Translations under genes and position numbers: made by a program
NCBI GenBank assembly: GCA_965207885.1
Contig: OZ242311.1
Coordinates: 3,456,001-3,520,000, forward strand
DNA from: Candidatus Latescibacterota bacterium
GTDB taxonomy: Bacteria; Latescibacterota; UBA2968
Length of the DNA stretch: 64,000 nt
Direction: 5' to 3'
Notes under the pieces: generated by a model
Told to the model about the DNA's origin: nothing
Databases searched by the model: none
The model's input: the letters and a program-made list of their open reading frames with translations, nothing else
Shown here: piece after piece, positions 19,681 through 29,921 of the stretch
How the letters are laid out: each line of letters opens with the position of its first letter
How positions within the stretch are numbered: position 1 is the stretch's first letter

Positions 19681-21045
19681 ATGCCTCGTAAATCTCGCTC
19701 GACTAACCCGCGTCCATCTCGCCGTGCAAAGCGCACCGCGTGCGCCGATTGCAATACATTGACAACCGTCCCTTTCCGACTAAGACCAGGCAGGCCAGTG
19801 TACTGTCGCTCTTGCTTCAAAAACCGTCGCAACGGCCGTTCTTCCCCGACCAAAGGCCCCGTAAGCAGGTCACTTACTGCGACTAAACCCATTGCTAATA
19901 TCACCGCCGTGTTTCCCAAAATGGCGTTGAAAGTCGCGACCAAGGAGGCAATTTCCAGGATGAACATATCAGAGCCTACGCCCATTCAGGCGAAATCAAT
20001 CCCCCATCTCCTGGCAAGGCGAGACTTGATCGGACAGGCGCGCACGGGATCTGGAAAGACGCTGGTGTTTGCAGTACCCATGGCAGAGAGCTTGAACCCA
20101 TCGGTGCGACGGGTCCAGGCAGTTGTGCTGGTGCCTACGCGGGAGTTGGCCATTCAGGTAGCTAAAGTCACAGAGGCCCTGGCTTCATCGCAGCGGTTGC
20201 GCGTAACACTACTGTACGGCGGCCGGTCATTGAGGCCAGAGTACAAAGCCCTGAAGAGCGGGCCCCAGATCATCATTGGGACCCCGGGCCGTACGTTAGA
20301 CCATCTAAGACAGGGCACGCTAGACCTGCGATCAGTGCAATTCCTGGTCCTTGATGAGGCAGATGAAATGCTGGATAAAGGTTTTGCCCAAGATGTTGAA
20401 GCGATCCTTAGCCAGACGCCCTCCAGGCGGCAGACCGCTCTCCTCTCTGCAACCATGCCCGAGTGGGTGGCGAACACAGCGAAGAAATATCTGCGCAACC
20501 CTGTAACGGTGAAAATAGACGGCGACCTTAAAGCACTGCCCACTGTGGAGCACCTGGTCTATACCATCCGGCAAAAAGATAAGATAAAGGCACTCCAAAC
20601 GCAGTTGGACCAGCGGAACGGCGATCCGGTAATCGTCTTTGGCAGGACCAGACACGGCGTCAAGAGACTGGCGAGACGGCTCGACACGTTGGGCTACCCC
20701 GTAGGAGTGCTCCAGGGCGACCTCAGCCAAAGCGCACGCGAGCGTGTGATGATGGCCTTCCGTTCCGGTACCGCACCGATTTTGGTGGCAACAAACGTGG
20801 CTGCGCGAGGCTTGGACGTTGAGGGCATCGGTCAGGTCATCAACTATGACTTGCCTGAATCAGAGAAACTTTTCACTCACCGGGTCGGACGGACTGGCCG
20901 CATGGGCCGCTCGGGAAAGGCAGTAACGTTTATCACGCCAGGAGAAGAGGGGAAATGGCGTGAGATTGAGCAAGGCCTGGGCTGCCGATTTGCCCTCAAA
21001 CCCTGGCGTAAAGCAGATCCACTCCTAACAAACGTACTGCCATAA
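19681..21045 (+). CDS. DEAD-box RNA helicase with N-terminal CxxC-x17-CxxC zinc ribbon
   Basis: PTPIQ, TGSGKT, PTRELA, TPGR, DEAD, SAT, ARGLD, HRVGRTGR; CADC-17-CRSC; TAAGGAG SD. Confidence 0.95.
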   Translation: MPRKSRSTNPRPSRRAKRTACADCNTLTTVPFRLRPGRPVYCRSCFKNRRNGRSSPTKGPVSRSLTATKPIANITAVFPKMALKVATKEAISRMNISEPTPIQAKSIPHLLARRDLIGQARTGSGKTLVFAVPMAESLNPSVRRVQAVVLVPTRELAIQVAKVTEALASSQRLRVTLLYGGRSLRPEYKALKSGPQIIIGTPGRTLDHLRQGTLDLRSVQFLVLDEADEMLDKGFAQDVEAILSQTPSRRQTALLSATMPEWVANTAKKYLRNPVTVKIDGDLKALPTVEHLVYTIRQKDKIKALQTQLDQRNGDPVIVFGRTRHGVKRLARRLDTLGYPVGVLQGDLSQSARERVMMAFRSGTAPILVATNVAARGLDVEGIGQVINYDLPESEKLFTHRVGRTGRMGRSGKAVTFITPGEEGKWREIEQGLGCRFALKPWRKADPLLTNVLP

Positions 21046-21125
21046 ATTACCTGAACAATAGCAACCTCTATTGATCTCCTCAACTTGAACCAAATTAACC
21101 TCATCGCCTTCTATAGAAAAATACG

Positions 21126-21332
21126 TCAAAGGTCTTTTAATAGTGCCCTTGCCTGCTCGGCGTCGCTTTCAAATACCAGCACGTCAACATGTCCTGCCGC
21201 GTACAGAGTTTGAAATCCCTCGCCCCGGGTTATACAGGGGATCTCGGCATCGTCAAGCACGGATTTGATCACCGCGAGCAAGCCGGGATTTGTTGCGGTG
21301 ATAACAGTTACAAGAGGTTCTCGATAACTCAT
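21126..21332 (-). CDS. DUF2007-like small protein
   Basis: IKSVLDDAEIP...V.V..SDAEQARALL pattern, 68 aa. Confidence 0.75.
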   Translation of the reverse strand: MSYREPLVTVITATNPGLLAVIKSVLDDAEIPCITRGEGFQTLYAAGHVDVLVFESDAEQARALLKDL

Positions 21333-21401
21333 CTCAATTTTCTCATGTTATGGGTAGTCAGCACAAAATACACAACCGGAATTGATCTGTCAGCTAACTT
21401 C

Positions 21402-21429
21402 TTGACATCTATAGTAATAAAAATATCTT
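21402..21429 (+). promoter_or_regulatory. putative sigma70 promoter of the sulfatase
   Basis: TTGACA-16 nt-TATCTT. Confidence 0.4.
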
Positions 21430-21456
21430 GTAAAAAAAAGTGATAGGAGACCAAAA

Positions 21457-22767
21457 ATGAACCAACCCAATATTGTATTCATCCACACAGACCAGCAACA
21501 TCACCTCGCGATATCCGCCTATGGAAATCGAGACGTGTCAACACCCAACATGGACCGCCTGATCGCAGATGGCATATCCTTCAGGCGATCCTACAGCGCC
21601 AACCCTGTCTGCTGTCCTGCACGCGCGAGTTGGTACACCGGACGCATGTCCGTCGAACACGGCGTTATCAGCAATCCGTTCCCCATAGACCCCAATCTAC
21701 CCGACCTCGGCCAGTGGTTGACCAAACACACCGATTACAACTGCGTGTATTCCGGCAAATGGCATGTCACGGGACGAGATGTTGCCAACAGCTTTGACGT
21801 GATCTACGGCAGACATCCCTACGGAGAACTACAAGACTCTGGATCTGCCCGGGCAGCAGCACAATATATCGCCGAACACGCAAATGACGGCCGCCCCTTC
21901 TTCCTCTCCGTCGGCCTCCTGAACCCACACGACTGCTGTTATGTCTGCGGCGTCAACGGACCCGTGGGAAAATACGGCCTGGAGCCTCAGTTGCCCGATC
22001 TGCCCGACTTGCCCGGCAACTTCGAAATCAGTCTCATGCCGCCAAACCAGAAGCACCGGGTCGGCCACTGGTCGGAAACAGATTGGCGATATTACATCTA
22101 CCAGTGTTACCGAATGGTAGAAACCGTTGACGCCCAGATCGGATTGATCTACGACACATTGGAAAACAACGGCCTCATTGAAAACACCCTCATCATCTTT
22201 ACAGCCGACCACGGCGAAGGCTCTGGGCATCATCGAAGAGTATTGAAAGGCTTTTTTGAAGAAGAAGCCTGGGCAGTCCCACTCGTTATTTCTCAATGCG
22301 GCAGTATCCCCAACGGACAAAACGATTCGCACTTCATATCGGGCGTGGATATCCCCGCTACAATCTGCGATTACGCCGGCGCACCTTCCCTACCCGACAC
22401 CACGTATGGAAATAGCCTGCGCCCACTCCTCGAAGGAAACAACGACATTGCATGGCGGGAAAGCGTCATAGGAGAAAATGCGAGTGCAATCGCCATTCGC
22501 GACGATCAGTACAAATCCATCCTCTACGACTCGGGACAAAACACGCTTTACGATTTGTCAAACGACCCCCTGGAAAAACACAATCTCGTATCAGAACCCG
22601 GCTTTGACGACATCAAACACAGGCACGCCACACACCTCGCCGAATACGCAAACACCGTCACACCCTACAGCGGACCTGACAAAACGGGCGAAAGAGATCG
22701 AATAAGAGAAGAGAGAATGGAAAATCTCAAACAGGGAAATGGATGGACAGAGGAGGTGGGATCATGA
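21457..22767 (+). CDS. formylglycine-dependent sulfatase
   Basis: PNIVFIHTDQ, CCPARASWYTG (CxPxR), GKWH, ADHG. Confidence 0.93.
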   Translation: MNQPNIVFIHTDQQHHLAISAYGNRDVSTPNMDRLIADGISFRRSYSANPVCCPARASWYTGRMSVEHGVISNPFPIDPNLPDLGQWLTKHTDYNCVYSGKWHVTGRDVANSFDVIYGRHPYGELQDSGSARAAAQYIAEHANDGRPFFLSVGLLNPHDCCYVCGVNGPVGKYGLEPQLPDLPDLPGNFEISLMPPNQKHRVGHWSETDWRYYIYQCYRMVETVDAQIGLIYDTLENNGLIENTLIIFTADHGEGSGHHRRVLKGFFEEEAWAVPLVISQCGSIPNGQNDSHFISGVDIPATICDYAGAPSLPDTTYGNSLRPLLEGNNDIAWRESVIGENASAIAIRDDQYKSILYDSGQNTLYDLSNDPLEKHNLVSEPGFDDIKHRHATHLAEYANTVTPYSGPDKTGERDRIREERMENLKQGNGWTEEVGS

Positions 22768-23468
22768 ACACCATACCAGCCGAACTCAACGCAATCGCCG
22801 GACAATTGCAAAACTACAATGTCCCAGAACAAACCATTCAATTGGACTCCAATTGCAAATTGACCTACGAAATCCTGCAGTGGACAAACACACATCCCAA
22901 TGGTTTGACCGATGATAGGCCAATAGGAACAGTGGAAATCTCGCGTTACAACAAAGAGAACGGCGCAGAATACCAGATCGTTGAAAAACGCAATGGCGGC
23001 GGGCGAGAAATTTACGAAGCAACCGTCACAACAGCGCGGGATGAGCGCATTGGTGAATCAATTCAGGACTGGGAACTCGCCTGGTACCAGGCAGAAACAC
23101 CGGATAAACGCCTGCTCATCAATGGCACAGTTCGAGACGCAATCATAGAAATGAACGGCACAGCAGGCAAAAAACACCTCTCGGCAGATACCCCCATATC
23201 GTGTCAATGGCTCCTCCCCTTTGCGCTTGCCAATTGCGCCACCCCCATGGACGAAGCGTTTACAACCATCGACGAACTTACGTACTGTAAAACAAATCAA
23301 CTACTGCACGGGCCTGAACAAATCGAATCCAACGGCCAATCCTTCCTATCTTTTTGCCACATAGGACAGGGCACACTGCCCATCCACTATGTATTCGATT
23401 TACAGCGGCCCGTCTTTGTCACATTTACGCTGCTGTCCTGGATCTTGCGCGATATTGAACTTATTTAA
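22764..23468 (+). CDS. hypothetical protein
   Basis: AGGAGG SD and ATGA overlap with the sulfatase stop; no recognised motif. Confidence 0.6.
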   Translation: MNTIPAELNAIAGQLQNYNVPEQTIQLDSNCKLTYEILQWTNTHPNGLTDDRPIGTVEISRYNKENGAEYQIVEKRNGGGREIYEATVTTARDERIGESIQDWELAWYQAETPDKRLLINGTVRDAIIEMNGTAGKKHLSADTPISCQWLLPFALANCATPMDEAFTTIDELTYCKTNQLLHGPEQIESNGQSFLSFCHIGQGTLPIHYVFDLQRPVFVTFTLLSWILRDIELI

Positions 23469-23508
23469 TAATTGCTAAAGCACCTCACTCATATTGGATG
23501 ATGTAACC

Positions 23509-24666
23509 TCAATCAAAATAGGTATCCCCATCAGCCAGCAGTGTTTTGGCGATGGTAGGATCTAACTCAACGCCTATACCGGGCTTGTCAGAGACAGCCA
23601 TCCAGCCCCCTTTGATAAATTCTTCGCCTCCACACAGATCGGCCCACCACGGAATATCGCGCCCGTGAAATTCGAGCACAAAAAAGTTGGGAACTGTCGC
23701 CATTACATGACATGCGGCCATCATGCCCAGAGGTGACGACACATTATGTGGCGCAATAGGGATATAATGCGCATCGGCAATTTCGGCAATGCGCTTGGCC
23801 TCCATAATGCCACCCGATTTGGCCAAATCGGGCATAATGATATCCACTGCTTTTTGTCTGAACATCTCCAAAAATTCAAAACGAGTGTAATGATTTTCAC
23901 CTGTACAAATGACCGTGCTCGTAGATGCGCGCACTTGAACCAACGCATCAATATTCTCAGCAGGTACTGGCTCTTCTAACCACATCAATCGCACATCTTC
24001 CACAGCTTTTGCCAATGTAATCGCCGAAGGCAAATCAAACTGTCCGTGGCAATCAATCGCCAAATCAATGTCAAAACCAATGCCCTCGCGAATCGCACGA
24101 ATCAAATTAATCACATGCGTCATTTCCCGTGCCCCCACTGTCCAATTGATCGGATCCAGCTTGCCCACGCCCGAATGATCCACATCAAATTTTACCGCGC
24201 TGTAGCCTTCCTCAACAACACTCAGCGCCTTCTCTGCATACGCCTCTGGCGTGGCCGAATCCCCAGCGTGACAATCGGCGTAGAGACGGATCTTATCGCG
24301 AAACTTGCCCCCCAACAACTGATAAATTGGCACTCCCAACGCCTTACCCACAATATCGTACAACGCATTTTCGATACCGGTCAGTGCAAAAATCAGCGGT
24401 GCATGGGTAGTGCCCGCATACCGTCCACGACGACGCATTTTTTCGTACAACGGCCCCACATTCATCGGGTCTTCACCAATTAACATCCCCTTCATTTTTA
24501 AAATCGATTCTTTCAAACCAAATCCCGTGTAATACGAGGCTGAATTGCATTCACCCGTACCCACAATACCCTCGTCGGTATATATCCGAACAAATGTCCA
24601 CACGCACCCACCACTGTGGGGTTCGGATCTGCCAATTACACAGGCTTGAACATCGGTAATTTTCAT
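23509..24666 (-). CDS. mandelate racemase family, galactonate-dehydratase-like
   Basis: KFD, DCH, EEP, GEN, PHN, EFH. Confidence 0.9.
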   Translation of the reverse strand: MKITDVQACVIGRSEPHSGGCVWTFVRIYTDEGIVGTGECNSASYYTGFGLKESILKMKGMLIGEDPMNVGPLYEKMRRRGRYAGTTHAPLIFALTGIENALYDIVGKALGVPIYQLLGGKFRDKIRLYADCHAGDSATPEAYAEKALSVVEEGYSAVKFDVDHSGVGKLDPINWTVGAREMTHVINLIRAIREGIGFDIDLAIDCHGQFDLPSAITLAKAVEDVRLMWLEEPVPAENIDALVQVRASTSTVICTGENHYTRFEFLEMFRQKAVDIIMPDLAKSGGIMEAKRIAEIADAHYIPIAPHNVSSPLGMMAACHVMATVPNFFVLEFHGRDIPWWADLCGGEEFIKGGWMAVSDKPGIGVELDPTIAKTLLADGDTYFD

Positions 24667-24686
24667 GCTATCCCTTTCATGATTAC

Positions 24687-25679
24687 TCACGGCTTTATCA
24701 AGGTTTTGATCGCAGCACCTGGCTTTGCCTGTGTCGCAAACGCTTCGGGGGCTTGATCGAGAGGAAAGGCGTGGGAAACGAGTGGTCTCCGATCAATTTT
24801 CCCGGTCCTGACGAGTTCAATCCCCCACCTGTAGTCATCGGGGGTCCAGGACCATGACCCTTGAAGCGTCACTTGCTTGCGCACCACCTGATTGAAATCG
24901 AGTTCGGGTTGATCTTCAAATAATGCGACGGGAACGAGGCGACCATTTTGTTGTTTTAGCATCGTCAACCCCTGATTCGGCGAAGCTTTCGCACCAGCAG
25001 AATCGATAACCACATCGGCATTTCCTCCCCGCGCGCCGAATCTTTCCACAGGTCTCTCACCACCCGTGAGTTCAATAACAGCATCCACGGGATCTACCTC
25101 TGTCAAATTCACGATCTCATCTGCCCCCAACTGGCGTGCCATAGCCAGCCGTTTCGGTGACGTATCAACAGCAATAATGCGCCCGCCCGCCGTTGCCCGA
25201 ATGACCTGGATACATCCCAGACCAATAATCCCAACGCCCAGAATAACAACGGTTTCTCCCTCAATGGGTTTTGCCAGGCCCACTGCGTGTATCGACGTGG
25301 CGAGAGGCTCCATCATCGCGCCTTCTTCAAAGCTAATCGATTTGGGCAACCTGTAGGGACGATCGGGATTGACTTCCAGGGGAAGATATTCGGCAAACCC
25401 ACCCAATCCCCCACCAGAAATGTGGTCGCCCACTTGAAACCGCTGCACATCTCGCCCCGTTTCCACAACCTCACCGCTAAACTCGTGTCCCATAATGAGG
25501 CCCTTCTCTATCGGACGTCCCAAAGAATCTTCAAACAGCCCGATGCGATAAGCGTGCAGATCCGATCCACAGATCCCACACGCCTTCACCCTCACCAGAA
25601 TCTCATTTGCATTGATTTCCGGCTCTGGCACATCTGCCACCTGGATATCATGCGGCCCGCAATAAATAGCTGCTTTCAT
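24687..25679 (-). CDS. zinc-dependent alcohol/polyol dehydrogenase
   Basis: CGSDLH, GHEFSG, EP, GVGIIG; structural-Zn lobe absent. Confidence 0.9.
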   Translation of the reverse strand: MKAAIYCGPHDIQVADVPEPEINANEILVRVKACGICGSDLHAYRIGLFEDSLGRPIEKGLIMGHEFSGEVVETGRDVQRFQVGDHISGGGLGGFAEYLPLEVNPDRPYRLPKSISFEEGAMMEPLATSIHAVGLAKPIEGETVVILGVGIIGLGCIQVIRATAGGRIIAVDTSPKRLAMARQLGADEIVNLTEVDPVDAVIELTGGERPVERFGARGGNADVVIDSAGAKASPNQGLTMLKQQNGRLVPVALFEDQPELDFNQVVRKQVTLQGSWSWTPDDYRWGIELVRTGKIDRRPLVSHAFPLDQAPEAFATQAKPGAAIKTLIKP

Positions 25680-25697
25680 CGCCGTCTCCTTTGTGTA

Positions 25698-26477
25698 TCA
25701 TGGCGCAATGACTTCAAGCCTTGGAGGCTTCTGTGGACCATGGCTCCCCGGCGGCATCATCATGCGTTTTTGGTTCTCGGTCAAGTGATCGTAGTCATCT
25801 ATATTGTAATAATTCGCCCATGAAATCGTATTCCCGGGGTTGTATTTAAAGAGAAATGATCTGCGTTCGTGATTGGCTGTCCAGGGCATAGTGCCGTGTA
25901 CTGTCGCCTCCGTAAAAATGATCAGGTCACCCGGCTCCAATTCGGGTTGTACGACATAATGGGCGGGCCGCCTGAAATACATAACATCCTCGGGGATATC
26001 GAGTTGGAAGTTGGACTTGTGCGAGCCTGGAATACAGCAAAAACCGCCATCGCCCTTTCGCACGGGCGTGAGCGCATAGACCAGTGTTGTCAAACCATTG
26101 CGCATGATGCCGTCGCGATACGTGTAAAAAAATGGGAATAATTCCGTTTTCGATTTCATCGTACCGGCGTGCAGCGGACCTTTGGAACCGCCTTTGTCCA
26201 AAAAAATGCAATAATCCTGATCAAAGTGGATACTCGATCCCAAAAGTTCGATCAAATAAGGAACAATTTTGGGATGATCTATGAGACTCTGAACGCAGGG
26301 ATCCCACAGCGTGATATTCCGGGCGAGTTTTAGCCCGTCGTCTCGATAGATTTCAAACTGGTCGCGCGCGATTCGGTCTGCAACTTCATTGCATTGATCA
26401 ACTTCCTCTTTGGAGAGCGCGTTTCTGACGACGAGATAACCTTCGAGGTCAAACATGAATTTTTCTTCCGAAGTCAT
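25698..26477 (-). CDS. PhyH-family Fe(II)/2OG oxygenase (HxG variant)
   Basis: FDLEGYL, PLHAG, PGSHK, FTEATVHG, RR. Confidence 0.88.
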   Translation of the reverse strand: MTSEEKFMFDLEGYLVVRNALSKEEVDQCNEVADRIARDQFEIYRDDGLKLARNITLWDPCVQSLIDHPKIVPYLIELLGSSIHFDQDYCIFLDKGGSKGPLHAGTMKSKTELFPFFYTYRDGIMRNGLTTLVYALTPVRKGDGGFCCIPGSHKSNFQLDIPEDVMYFRRPAHYVVQPELEPGDLIIFTEATVHGTMPWTANHERRSFLFKYNPGNTISWANYYNIDDYDHLTENQKRMMMPPGSHGPQKPPRLEVIAP

Positions 26478-26652
26478 AGCCTAATCCTCTGTGATCTGTC
26501 CTGAAATCGTCTTGTAAGCTCAACACCAATATGGTATTAAATTTCAAAAAGAAAATAAAAAAAACACCGTATCAGAGTCACGCGGTGTCAATTTCCACTT
26601 TAATACACTCGCTTTTTCGCATATACTATCAAATCTAAGTATCAGTAAAAAC

Positions 26653-26685
26653 CCAATTGACATTTGGGCATATCTTCGCCTAATT
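26653..26685 (+). promoter_or_regulatory. promoter element, copy 1 of a 33-bp repeat
   Basis: CCAATTGACATTtgggCATATCTTCGCCTAATT; contains TTGACA; 29/33 identical to 36388-36420. Confidence 0.7.
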
Positions 26686-26721
26686 TAAGCGATTTTATAC
26701 ACACTATTGAAGGGAGTCACC

Positions 26722-27465
26722 ATGGGAAAACTCGATGGCAAAGTAGCACTTGTCACTGGAGGAGGAACGGGCATCGGTCGCGCGACGTCGCTGCTATTCG
26801 CCACAGAAGGCGCAGACGTCGCCGTCAACTATAGCCGATCTGAAGATGACGCCAACAAAACCTGTTCAGATATCGAAGCACTGGGGCGCAAAGCCATAGC
26901 CGTCAAAGCAGACATATCTGACGACTCAGCCGTTCGGCAAATGGTAGAGCGCGTAGTCGATGAACTCGGCCGCCTCGACATTCTCGTCAACAGCGCGGGA
27001 ATGACGCGGTTCGTGCCGCTGGAGGATCTGGAAAACCTGACAGAGGAGGACTGGGATCGCGCGATGGCCGTCAATGTAAAGGGCGCCTTCTTCGCAGCCA
27101 GGGCAGCAATCCCAAAAATGAAAGAAAGTGGCGGTGGAAGCATCGTCAACGTCGCTTCCATCTCCGGTATCTCTGGAAAAGGCAGCTCAATTGCCTATTC
27201 CGCATCCAAAGCCGCGCTGATATGCCTGACGAATTCCCTGGCAACCAGTCAAGCACCCGATATTCAGGTCAACGCCATCTCCCCGGGCTTTGTCGATACG
27301 CGCTGGGGAATCGGCTGGGACGCCTTCCGCAAACTCCATCTGGAAGCCACGCCAATGGGCCGCGTCGCAACAGGCGAAGACTGTGCCGACGCCATCCTCG
27401 GACTCATCCTCAGCCCCTTTGTCACGGGGGAAAACCTCATTGTAGATGGCGGGCGAAGCATATAG
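26722..27465 (+). CDS. short-chain dehydrogenase/reductase
   Basis: TGGGTGIG, NSAG, YSASK, PG, DGG. Confidence 0.95.
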   Translation: MGKLDGKVALVTGGGTGIGRATSLLFATEGADVAVNYSRSEDDANKTCSDIEALGRKAIAVKADISDDSAVRQMVERVVDELGRLDILVNSAGMTRFVPLEDLENLTEEDWDRAMAVNVKGAFFAARAAIPKMKESGGGSIVNVASISGISGKGSSIAYSASKAALICLTNSLATSQAPDIQVNAISPGFVDTRWGIGWDAFRKLHLEATPMGRVATGEDCADAILGLILSPFVTGENLIVDGGRSI

Positions 27466-27468
27466 GCA

Positions 27469-28515
27469 TCACTCAATCCGGAACTTCTCGCACATTTTCA
27501 GATCCAGCGAAATGCCCAGCCCCGGATCTTCGGGCACGGGCATGTGCGCGTCTTCCACGGCAAATCCATAGCCCTCTTTTGTAATACACGCTTCTCTGAT
27601 AAACGGGCGCATCCCGTAGGGCAGCGTGGCATTCGGCACAGCCGCGCCTATGTGTGCGTTAAACGCCGCCTGGATCGCATAGCAGTGCCCCTCCATCTGG
27701 ATCCACACCGGGCATCCGGCTGCCTGGGCCATTGCCGCGGCCCGGATTACCCGGTTGATGGTACCCCCTACATTGACAATATCTATCCCATTGTGTCGCA
27801 AATGGTTCAGAATCAACCGCGTATCCGTGGTATGAATCGCCAGAGGCGCCCGACACTTCTGCCGCAAAATCCCGTACCACTCTGGATGTGCCTTGGGCAC
27901 GGGGTCTTCAAAGCATTCCACATTGGGATACTCCTGCAACGCATCGTCGATCCGCACGGTCTCCGACAGGGTATTGAACTTCTCGTTTGGATCTATGCGA
28001 ATCTTGTAGTCCGGTCCGCCCGCCTCGGTCATCACCTTCACCTGCCACACCGTATCCCAGGGGCGCGCCTTGATCTTGTGCAGCTTAAACCCCCGCTTCG
28101 CGCCCTCCTCGGCGTGCTTGCGGGTCTCTTCCGGAGCCAGATAAGGCGACCAGTAATCCACCGGAACACGGTCTCTATGCTTGCCGTTGCCAATCAGCCG
28201 ATAAGCCGGTACTCCCAGCGCCTTGCCAGCTATATCGAGAAAAGCATGTGCCCAGGGACGCCCGAGGTTAAACATATCCAGTTCCATCGGATTCTTGCCG
28301 ATATACTGCTGTGCCTGCTGCTCGGTCTGTACCATCGAACGTCCTCCCTCCCCGATCCCCACAATCCCCTCATCGGTATGCACCTGAACAATCACGTAGG
28401 AATCCTCTTCCTCCGGCGTTGTGCCGCTCATCCCCCGCCAGGACACCATCGGCTCCTTATAGGAATCCTGCCATGGCACGAACACGCGCATCTGCTCGAC
28501 CTTTGTAATTTTCAT
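27469..28515 (-). CDS. enolase-superfamily (MR/MLE) enzyme, atypical
   Basis: TDEGIVGIGE, DIAGK, KIK, DPN, EDP, AIH. Confidence 0.85.
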   Translation of the reverse strand: MKITKVEQMRVFVPWQDSYKEPMVSWRGMSGTTPEEEDSYVIVQVHTDEGIVGIGEGGRSMVQTEQQAQQYIGKNPMELDMFNLGRPWAHAFLDIAGKALGVPAYRLIGNGKHRDRVPVDYWSPYLAPEETRKHAEEGAKRGFKLHKIKARPWDTVWQVKVMTEAGGPDYKIRIDPNEKFNTLSETVRIDDALQEYPNVECFEDPVPKAHPEWYGILRQKCRAPLAIHTTDTRLILNHLRHNGIDIVNVGGTINRVIRAAAMAQAAGCPVWIQMEGHCYAIQAAFNAHIGAAVPNATLPYGMRPFIREACITKEGYGFAVEDAHMPVPEDPGLGISLDLKMCEKFRIE

Positions 28516-28631
28516 CACAGCCTCCTTTGTAAAAAACAGCGATAAAAGATCCTGATAAATAATATGTGCCAAAGCACTTTACAATAGCATTCTAACAGGA
28601 CTATTCTTAACCCACCCCGCGATAAATAACC

Positions 28632-28660
28632 TTGACGGAATTATTTCGTGTGTGTAACGT
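28632..28660 (+). promoter_or_regulatory. putative sigma70 promoter
   Basis: TTGACG-17 nt-TAACGT with TG upstream of the -10. Confidence 0.45.
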
Positions 28661-28734
28661 CAGTAATCAATTTATGCAGGTATTCTTATACGTCAATGTG
28701 AAAACAGTGTTTGTACACTGCGGGGGAAAACGCC

Positions 28735-29886
28735 ATGAAAATCGCATCCATCGACATCATTACAGTTGTTGTTCCAACCATACCCGGCCGTGTACACAGC
28801 GCATCATTTGGTCCTGCGGGCTGGGACCAGGTACCCAAACACATCATCAAGCTAAATACCGATGAAGGGATTTACGGACTGGGAGAAACCTCGCGCGGAA
28901 CGCCTGAAGAAGCAATTCGGCAGGGATTTAACCAACTCAAAGGAAGAGACCCTCTCAAACTGAGCCTGCAAAACGTATTCAGAGACGCCGCCACGCATCG
29001 CAACACAGTCCTGCCCTTCAGAGATCCGGTTGTATCTGAAGATGGGGGCGGCACACGCGATTGGGAGAATTTGACCGGCTGGGGAACTGGCGCGGGTTAC
29101 GAGGCCTTTGAAATGGCTATTTTTGACATCGTGGGCAAAATTCGAGGCTGCCCGGTCCACGAATTGCTCGGCGGTGCGTACAGAGACCGCGTGCCAGCGG
29201 ATTACTGGATCGGCCATCAAACGCCCGAAGACTCAGCCCTCAATGCGCGGCTCGGTTACGACCGCGGATTTCACGGTGTAAAAATGAAGTGTACCTCTGA
29301 CGAACCAATGGTCGCTCGCGTGCAGGCCATTCTGGAAGCCACAGATATATCGTTCAAATGCACAATCGATCCGAATCAGAGATTTTATCGCCCGGCAGAA
29401 GCCATTGCATTGGCAAAACAATTCGAAGCAGTCGGCAATGTCGGCGTACTCGAAGATCCAATGGCGAAATGGAACCTGGATTGGTATCGCCAACTAAGAG
29501 CAGCAACGATAATCCCGGTCGCATTGCACCTGGCGAATCCCCACGACATCATCAACGCAATCAAGGTGGAAGCAGTAGATATTTTCAATCTGGGGGGCAG
29601 CATGTGGCAATTTATCTACAACGCGGCAATTGCCGATGCTGCGGGCATTCCCTGCTGGCATGGATCTGGAAATGACCTCGGCGTAATGGAAATGGCCTAT
29701 CTTCACGCGGCAAGTGTGCCGCGAAATTGCGTTATGCCCAGCGATTTTGTCGGGAGTTGGACGCGAGAAGATGACCTGATTGTAGATGGCATCCAATTTG
29801 AAAAGGGCGAAGCCATTGTTCCAACGAAGCCGGGACTTGGATGTGAACTGGATGAGGATGCCCTGGAAAAGTATCGGATAAATTGA
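28735..29886 (+). CDS. enolase-superfamily (MR/MLE) enzyme, atypical
   Basis: TDEGIYGLGE, DIVGK, LLGG, KMK, DPN, EDP, ALH, PGLG. Confidence 0.87.
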   Translation: MKIASIDIITVVVPTIPGRVHSASFGPAGWDQVPKHIIKLNTDEGIYGLGETSRGTPEEAIRQGFNQLKGRDPLKLSLQNVFRDAATHRNTVLPFRDPVVSEDGGGTRDWENLTGWGTGAGYEAFEMAIFDIVGKIRGCPVHELLGGAYRDRVPADYWIGHQTPEDSALNARLGYDRGFHGVKMKCTSDEPMVARVQAILEATDISFKCTIDPNQRFYRPAEAIALAKQFEAVGNVGVLEDPMAKWNLDWYRQLRAATIIPVALHLANPHDIINAIKVEAVDIFNLGGSMWQFIYNAAIADAAGIPCWHGSGNDLGVMEMAYLHAASVPRNCVMPSDFVGSWTREDDLIVDGIQFEKGEAIVPTKPGLGCELDEDALEKYRIN

Positions 29887-29921
29887 CGCCTTCGTGGAAC
29901 CAATAGACCTGGAGATTCTGA

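Noticed and set aside
27544-28545. 333-aa plus-strand ORF (likewise 7478-8386 and 12843-13703)
   Set aside because: Antisense shadows of well-supported genes.
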